Origin: a virus
Taxonomy: Duplodnaviria > Caudoviricetes
Length of the DNA: 64,000 bases
Direction: 5' to 3' (one strand)
IMG/VR virus record: IMGVR_UViG_3300006153_000003
Of this stretch, positions 59,901-64,000 are shown one piece after another. Under the pieces are notes generated by a model. The model was not told where the DNA came from. It saw nothing but the letters and a program-made list of their open reading frames with translations, and did no database searches. Positions within the stretch are counted from its first letter, which is position 1; the number at the start of each line of letters is the position of its first letter. A program made the position numbers and the translations under genes.

Positions 59901-60233
59901 TGTGATTTTAATAAGGTTTTTATATCCCTCCTGAGTCCTTGCGAGTAAAATCAAATGATAACGTGGCTGCGTGTATTCTTTTGTGTCTGCCTTTTCCCAC
60001 ATATCATCTACTTCGTAAATCTCATTTCCAATTATAGGTTTGATATTATATTTATTACACTCTTTAACAAAATCTACAAATGAAGCCATACTCCCATGAT
60101 CTGTTAAAGCCATAGCTTTCATATCGTTTTCACTTGCAAATTTAACAGCTTCTTCAACAGTCAATATAGAATCCAGCAGAGAGCCTTTAGTCGTATGTAT
60201 ATGTAAATGTGTAAACAAACAATCACCTACCAT
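56898..60233 (-). CDS. dnaE: DNA polymerase III alpha subunit
   Basis: PHP domain HLHIHT/TDHG, SRGSGA, ADFDWD, GRHAAG, FNRGHA. Confidence 0.95.
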   Translation of the reverse strand: MVGDCLFTHLHIHTTKGSLLDSILTVEEAVKFASENDMKAMALTDHGSMASFVDFVKECNKYNIKPIIGNEIYEVDDMWEKADTKEYTQPRYHLILLARTQEGYKNLIKITSVSRTEGLYKKPRVDIKYIQEKGLGKGIICLTACQAGRLSRYLVNGKYEEAEEYIDKLKNTFDYVVCELQSHNTEDQANANQLIYDFSQKHNLPYTITTDAHMLSDSLKESHAMFVEIGEGREVGESYTDCYLQTENEIYEKLSDQFSEDIIRKGIEESVNITDIIENIDIGLNKGNIMPKINIENGYDNHEEYLRYLVFKTFDEKFGHMSKEDQEIRRQRLETELPVLYAVDYTDYFIMLYMLAKEARKRKIPLGYSRGSGANCLCLFMLNVTQIDSVRWDLDFSRFANLGRKSMADFDWDISKRRRKEMVEISEELFGKENVAPIATFNTLSTKVAIRDIGKVLDEKDYSPYYKQIPYKLRDEVAKMVPTIKTLNDLGEEEEKDVLLKDILNKNEKLKEVYDKFPLWFKYVMDVEGLPKSMGRHAAGTLITPTPVTDYCPLCYDSEKNIMIELEMHNAMDDLGLVKMDYLGLETLDIVDDTLKMASITWDDVDINHLNLEDKEVFEKVYKNGNTVGIFQMESAEGRRMCIEAQADNVEDVIVVNAANRPGTKESFPTYCQNKLYPQNVTVLHEDLRELFGKTHYILLYQEQALQLFRHADFPEEQVDNARRAIGKKKKEVMEQLEVDFRVGLTKKGWNNEQLIEIWQLMLKQAEYCFNRGHAVAYGLLSYLTAYLKTHYTIYFMAALLTSKSDKVQKISIVINDCKRLGIKVSPPNVNKSDIEFTALPENNEILFGLLAVKGLGESIVYKIIENRPYQNMSDFVEKVSDKTAIITLIKAGAVPTKDKMLSLKKYANRLFERKKYKPVTTLPSPYSKLIPFGLNVDDYRNDKKKVNKEALLIDYNKAKEKLFIEQQNQKYKNHMIEFQEKYAKDEYMWEFDTLSMFLTNDPLKDAYKYTKTDWDMVEDGDKTTLFCVIVDIKRKKDKNGNQFAYLDLYTPFGIIEATIWSSQLKQYSDDIKKGNCLAILGRKREEHFFVEKVKPYNTWLDQMRKKGVAV

Positions 60234-62002
60234 TCTTCATCGTCATCTGAATTATTTGTACTCACCACAACAACATCTTCAATAATTATTTGTGGTGTTC
60301 TAACCCCGTTATATTCGTTAATTGATGGTTTCCCTACAATATTAAAGACCACGCTATCATTTTCATCCCAGGCATTTTGAAGCCAATCATACAATTGATT
60401 ACCTTCTTTACACTTGAACTGGATATATTTAATCTCATCAATCATAAAACTGATAGTATCTTCATTCTTACCAAATATCTCAAACTGCTCTTTTGTAAGA
60501 CTGATATTTTCAATAGCGAGCATTGGTTCTTCGATACCTTGTCCGATAATATCTTCAAGTCTTGCTAAATCAGTCACAATTTTTATAGTTACATCATCAA
60601 TATCCATAATGAAATCAACTCGGTATGTAGAATCATACTCAACATCTCGCAAAATATCATTGAGTCTGTTTAATGCGTCATCTTTTTTATCTATCTCTAA
60701 ACCGACAATACCGAAAGCATTAGCATGACCTCTACCATCCAATATATTTGTGCTATTGACTATATCCTTGAAACTATCAATAGGACTGTTATCAATATTT
60801 CTCGCACTACCACCATATGTAATCTTCCCTGTTTTCTTATCTAAAAATTTATTTAGTAAGATACATGGTTTATTAAACATTTCAGCAATTTTAATAGCCA
60901 CAACGCCTGTTAAGCCATTGTCAAGAATATCGGAGGTGTCAATCATAACAACTTTATCTTCCTGTGGAATATGTTGTGCAATCTCTGCAATTTGAGATAC
61001 ACATTTTTCTTTCTGTTTATCTTGCCTACTTTTGGCATTTTTACATAGTCTCGCCGCTCTTTCATATATGCTTTCTTGAATTATTTCAGCAGGTTTGTCT
61101 TTAGTAGCACGTTTCTTATATTCAAAGAATTCATCCTGTTCAATAAATGCCCTAAATAATAATTCCTTTTCTTCTGGGGAACCAATGCGGATCATTCCAT
61201 TCAAAATCGGAGTAATATACCATTGAACATTATGAATATTTATCTTGCCACTCATACTATAATCCTGTGCATCTACAAGAGCTTTAAAGCATTTGTTTTT
61301 AATATTTAACAATCCCATATCTGTCAGATATCGTGTCTCAAAAGAACGCATATCCATTACATCACTTATATTTGCTAATGCACATAAATCTAAATAATCA
61401 TCTGCAAACTCATTCCAATTCTCTTCATCTAATGCTTGTAAGAAACGATATACTACTCCAGCACCACACAGATTTTTATTGGAATAATTATTACTTGTTT
61501 GGTTATTGACGATAACTGCATACGGATTTTCTTCTTCCTTTTCGTGGTGATCTAAAATTAAAATATCTATCTGACCATTTGATAGTTTCTCACATTCAGT
61601 TACATCATTTGTTCCTGCGTCTGGAATAATCAATAATCTTATATCTTTAGGAACGACTACATCATCTGATAACCCATGCGCCTTTGCCCTTCCGTGTAAA
61701 ATATAATCAACAGGGTAATCGCTATCCATCTGTTTTATATACAGATACATCATTGCAGCAGAGCAAAACCCGTCTGGATCTTCATCAACCAATATTGCAA
61801 TTTTATTTTTTTGATTAATGTGTTTCATGAATAAATTAACTGCTTCTTCAATATGGTCTAAGTTTTGATATGGTTCAATAACACTTTCATCTAAGTTTAA
61901 ATATCTGTTATAATCATTTATCCCTCTATTTTTAAGAACTTCTGCTAACACATTAGAAGTATCATTATTTCCGTTTTCATATAATTTATATTGCAAATTC
62001 AC
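60227..62002 (-). CDS. recJ: RecJ-like DHH ssDNA exonuclease
   Basis: DEDPDG, LDHH, NLCGAGV, GHANAFG. Confidence 0.88.
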   Translation of the reverse strand: MNLQYKLYENGNNDTSNVLAEVLKNRGINDYNRYLNLDESVIEPYQNLDHIEEAVNLFMKHINQKNKIAILVDEDPDGFCSAAMMYLYIKQMDSDYPVDYILHGRAKAHGLSDDVVVPKDIRLLIIPDAGTNDVTECEKLSNGQIDILILDHHEKEEENPYAVIVNNQTSNNYSNKNLCGAGVVYRFLQALDEENWNEFADDYLDLCALANISDVMDMRSFETRYLTDMGLLNIKNKCFKALVDAQDYSMSGKINIHNVQWYITPILNGMIRIGSPEEKELLFRAFIEQDEFFEYKKRATKDKPAEIIQESIYERAARLCKNAKSRQDKQKEKCVSQIAEIAQHIPQEDKVVMIDTSDILDNGLTGVVAIKIAEMFNKPCILLNKFLDKKTGKITYGGSARNIDNSPIDSFKDIVNSTNILDGRGHANAFGIVGLEIDKKDDALNRLNDILRDVEYDSTYRVDFIMDIDDVTIKIVTDLARLEDIIGQGIEEPMLAIENISLTKEQFEIFGKNEDTISFMIDEIKYIQFKCKEGNQLYDWLQNAWDENDSVVFNIVGKPSINEYNGVRTPQIIIEDVVVVSTNNSDDDEEW

Positions 62003-62008
62003 ACCTCT

Positions 62009-63034
62009 CTATCTCAATTTGTAAACATTATGTTCTACCATATATTGCCACTTTGTAGGATTATCTGAAGGTGATTCATGTTCGTTCAAAATATTGTCTT
62101 CATCATACATATAGAAAAGAGGAACCCCATCAGGAAATCTATCAGCTAACCTTTCTAATTCATCTTTTGTAACATCCTTATCAAAACAGAAAATAATCAT
62201 TACTCCAAGCCTGACAAGCATATCTATTTGATGTTGCGATAATTCCTTACCTCCTGTTCCCCCACCGTTTCTATATGAATAACTCCATAATTGCTGTGTA
62301 AATTTTTCTCCCTCACCTACAAATATCTTTCCAGATGATTTTATGTAATCAATAGTCTTGTATAATCCATAGATTATTTTTGATCTTGCACACGGTTCTA
62401 AGTAGATATATTTGTTTTCGCCATCTGGGACTTCCCTATAAAAATATCTGCCTTTAATTCCTACTAAGTCACCAAGTTCTGAACGAATAGGGATTGTATA
62501 TCTATTACTTTCTTCATCAAAGCCAATCTCAAATTCTTTTTGCGTGGAATAATCTATATTATCTTCATAAAACAAATCGTTTCCATATCTTTTATAATAG
62601 GAAAGCACACTCTCACTAATTGGCTTTAATGGTTTCTCCTTTTCTATATTTGCATTTGAACTCATGTCATCAAGCATTTTCAAAATCTTAAAACTTTCTG
62701 GAATGTCTTCTTCAAAATCATGGTAATAAGACATTCCAATTTCATCACATATAAATTGTAATCCTTTAGGAAAGGTTAAATCTTTTGTATAACAGACTAA
62801 ATCAATAATATCAGTCTTTCGATTTGTTTTAATCATCTGCCTTGTGTAGTTCTGACACATTAAATATTCGCTGTTATATAAAACAATTGCTCCATTGTTA
62901 TCTCCTGTTGCGTTTGCACAAGTCCAATAACCGTTTGAAGCATGATATTTGATATGGTGGCAACCAATGGATTCTAGGATTTGCTCAACATATCGGTTTT
63001 CATATATGTAATTCTTTAATTCTTTTACATCCAA
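62009..63034 (-). CDS. DNA primase (TOPRIM)
   Basis: TIPIRSELGDLVGIKGR, VGEGEK, FDKD; lies between helicase and RecJ. Confidence 0.8.
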   Translation of the reverse strand: MDVKELKNYIYENRYVEQILESIGCHHIKYHASNGYWTCANATGDNNGAIVLYNSEYLMCQNYTRQMIKTNRKTDIIDLVCYTKDLTFPKGLQFICDEIGMSYYHDFEEDIPESFKILKMLDDMSSNANIEKEKPLKPISESVLSYYKRYGNDLFYEDNIDYSTQKEFEIGFDEESNRYTIPIRSELGDLVGIKGRYFYREVPDGENKYIYLEPCARSKIIYGLYKTIDYIKSSGKIFVGEGEKFTQQLWSYSYRNGGGTGGKELSQHQIDMLVRLGVMIIFCFDKDVTKDELERLADRFPDGVPLFYMYDEDNILNEHESPSDNPTKWQYMVEHNVYKLR

Positions 63035-63049
63035 GTGCCACCCTCCAAA

Positions 63050-64000
63050 TTATTCTGTACTTTTAGGTTTTTTAATGATATAACCTATATTTTTCCAAAT
63101 ATTAAAATTGAGATCTATTTCAAACAACATAACTTTGTCTTTACTACCAGCTCTATTTTTATCAGGTTTAATACAAAAGTATTGCTTTTTTAAGTCTAAA
63201 TCTTCTGTAACAGGCTCACCCCAACTATCATTTTCAGCGACCATTTGATATTTGTGATATTCGTCCTTATTCAGTTTCTTACCAATATTCAAGATGTCAG
63301 CAACGTGCTTTATCTGCTTTGCATTTGCAATATTGTTACTGCTTAGACTGAAAATATCTGTAAACACAGTATCATCACTCAACTGAAAGACTGCATAACC
63401 ACTCATTCTTAATTCTTTTGTCAATTCTTTCAGCTTGGTAGCAAACTGTTTTATTTGTGACCAATCATCTGTGTTATATCCTTTTAATGTGTCATATCCA
63501 TAATATTTAATGTTTTGAACCATCTTTGCTTTACGCAGTTCAAACTCAATCTGCTCTGGACTGTAATCATTACCAACATCTTTAAACAGCACTTTACCCT
63601 TACGGTCAGAGCTGTCGATCCATTCTGTTACAGTTTTTACTTGCCAATATTCGTCTGATTCTGACTGTACTCTTTTAATATATTCTTCATTAGATTCTAT
63701 ATAGATACCAAAATCATCTATTTTTCTTCTAATGATTTCTCCCTTTTTATCATGGTACACACCAAGAACAATTTCTTTCTCTGGCTTTTCAAGTACAACA
63801 CCATGTAAATCCTGAAATTCCTTATTGTTGATTACCGTTGTTATTAAACAGCTTCTCAAATCTTCTTCATCCATTTCATTACTCATAAGAAAAAAATTTT
63901 CATTCTGTACAAGCGCAACATAGGCTGCTAATAATACCAGTTTTCTTGTTTTGCCCTCATTAGACAAGAAACCTTCAAATAACAGTTTTGTATCTCTCAT
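63050..64000 (-). CDS. Replicative DnaB-like helicase (C-terminal part; runs off the window)
   Basis: SNEGKTR Walker A-like, MSNEM, YDTLK, FQL, DKNRAG. Confidence 0.8.
   Translation of the reverse strand: MRDTKLLFEGFLSNEGKTRKLVLLAAYVALVQNENFFLMSNEMDEEDLRSCLITTVINNKEFQDLHGVVLEKPEKEIVLGVYHDKKGEIIRRKIDDFGIYIESNEEYIKRVQSESDEYWQVKTVTEWIDSSDRKGKVLFKDVGNDYSPEQIEFELRKAKMVQNIKYYGYDTLKGYNTDDWSQIKQFATKLKELTKELRMSGYAVFQLSDDTVFTDIFSLSSNNIANAKQIKHVADILNIGKKLNKDEYHKYQMVAENDSWGEPVTEDLDLKKQYFCIKPDKNRAGSKDKVMLFEIDLNFNIWKNIGYIIKKPKSTE

Larger units (their letters stand above)
1..64000. mobile_element. Large temperate siphophage-type genome segment (SPbeta-like organisation), probably excised/circular form
   Basis: Terminase-portal-capsid-tail-lysin cluster on +, integrase and replication/nucleotide metabolism cluster on -, intact attP between them, no host-chromosome context. 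Confidence 0.93.

Noticed and set aside
56898-60233. Intein or intron in dnaE, terL or recD2
   Set aside because: Lengths and motif spacing are normal; no C...HN blocks or frame breaks seen
1-64000. Stop-codon reassignment (alternative genetic code)
   Set aside because: Long core genes are intact in code 11 and TAA, TAG and TGA all end genes normally

Overview
The whole window is one large temperate phage of a low-GC Firmicute (gene content and RBS style suggest Clostridia/Lachnospiraceae), organised like SPbeta. It is apparently in the excised form, because an intact attP (3' half of tRNA-Thr(CGT) with arm repeats) has phage genes on both sides. The + strand from 1 to ~35.3 kb holds morphogenesis and lysis genes: terminase, portal, protease/scaffold, capsid, neck, tail tube, Dit, Tal, BppU, tail fibre and amidase. 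No tape-measure gene is visible. The - strand from 35.9 to 64 kb holds the integrase, xis, nucleotide metabolism (dut, nrdG, intein-containing nrdD, gmk, thyX, a FolD fragment, two HPr-like genes) and replication genes (ligA, recD2, dnaE, recJ-like, primase, helicase). The most striking system is a tail-fibre shufflon: one expressed and five silent C-terminal cassettes joined at TAAATGGCAA (L-N-G) sites, next to a tyrosine recombinase. It has two unusual features. One cassette pair is stored ~7.5 kb upstream, on the far side of the baseplate genes. A second conserved junction (CTCTGATYT, S-D-L/F) inside five cassettes suggests two-tier domain shuffling. Also present are an IS4 element that separates a gene from its RBS, a 102-bp MITE, an atypical tRNA-Ser and several morons. 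All calls come from reading the sequence; no database searches were run.
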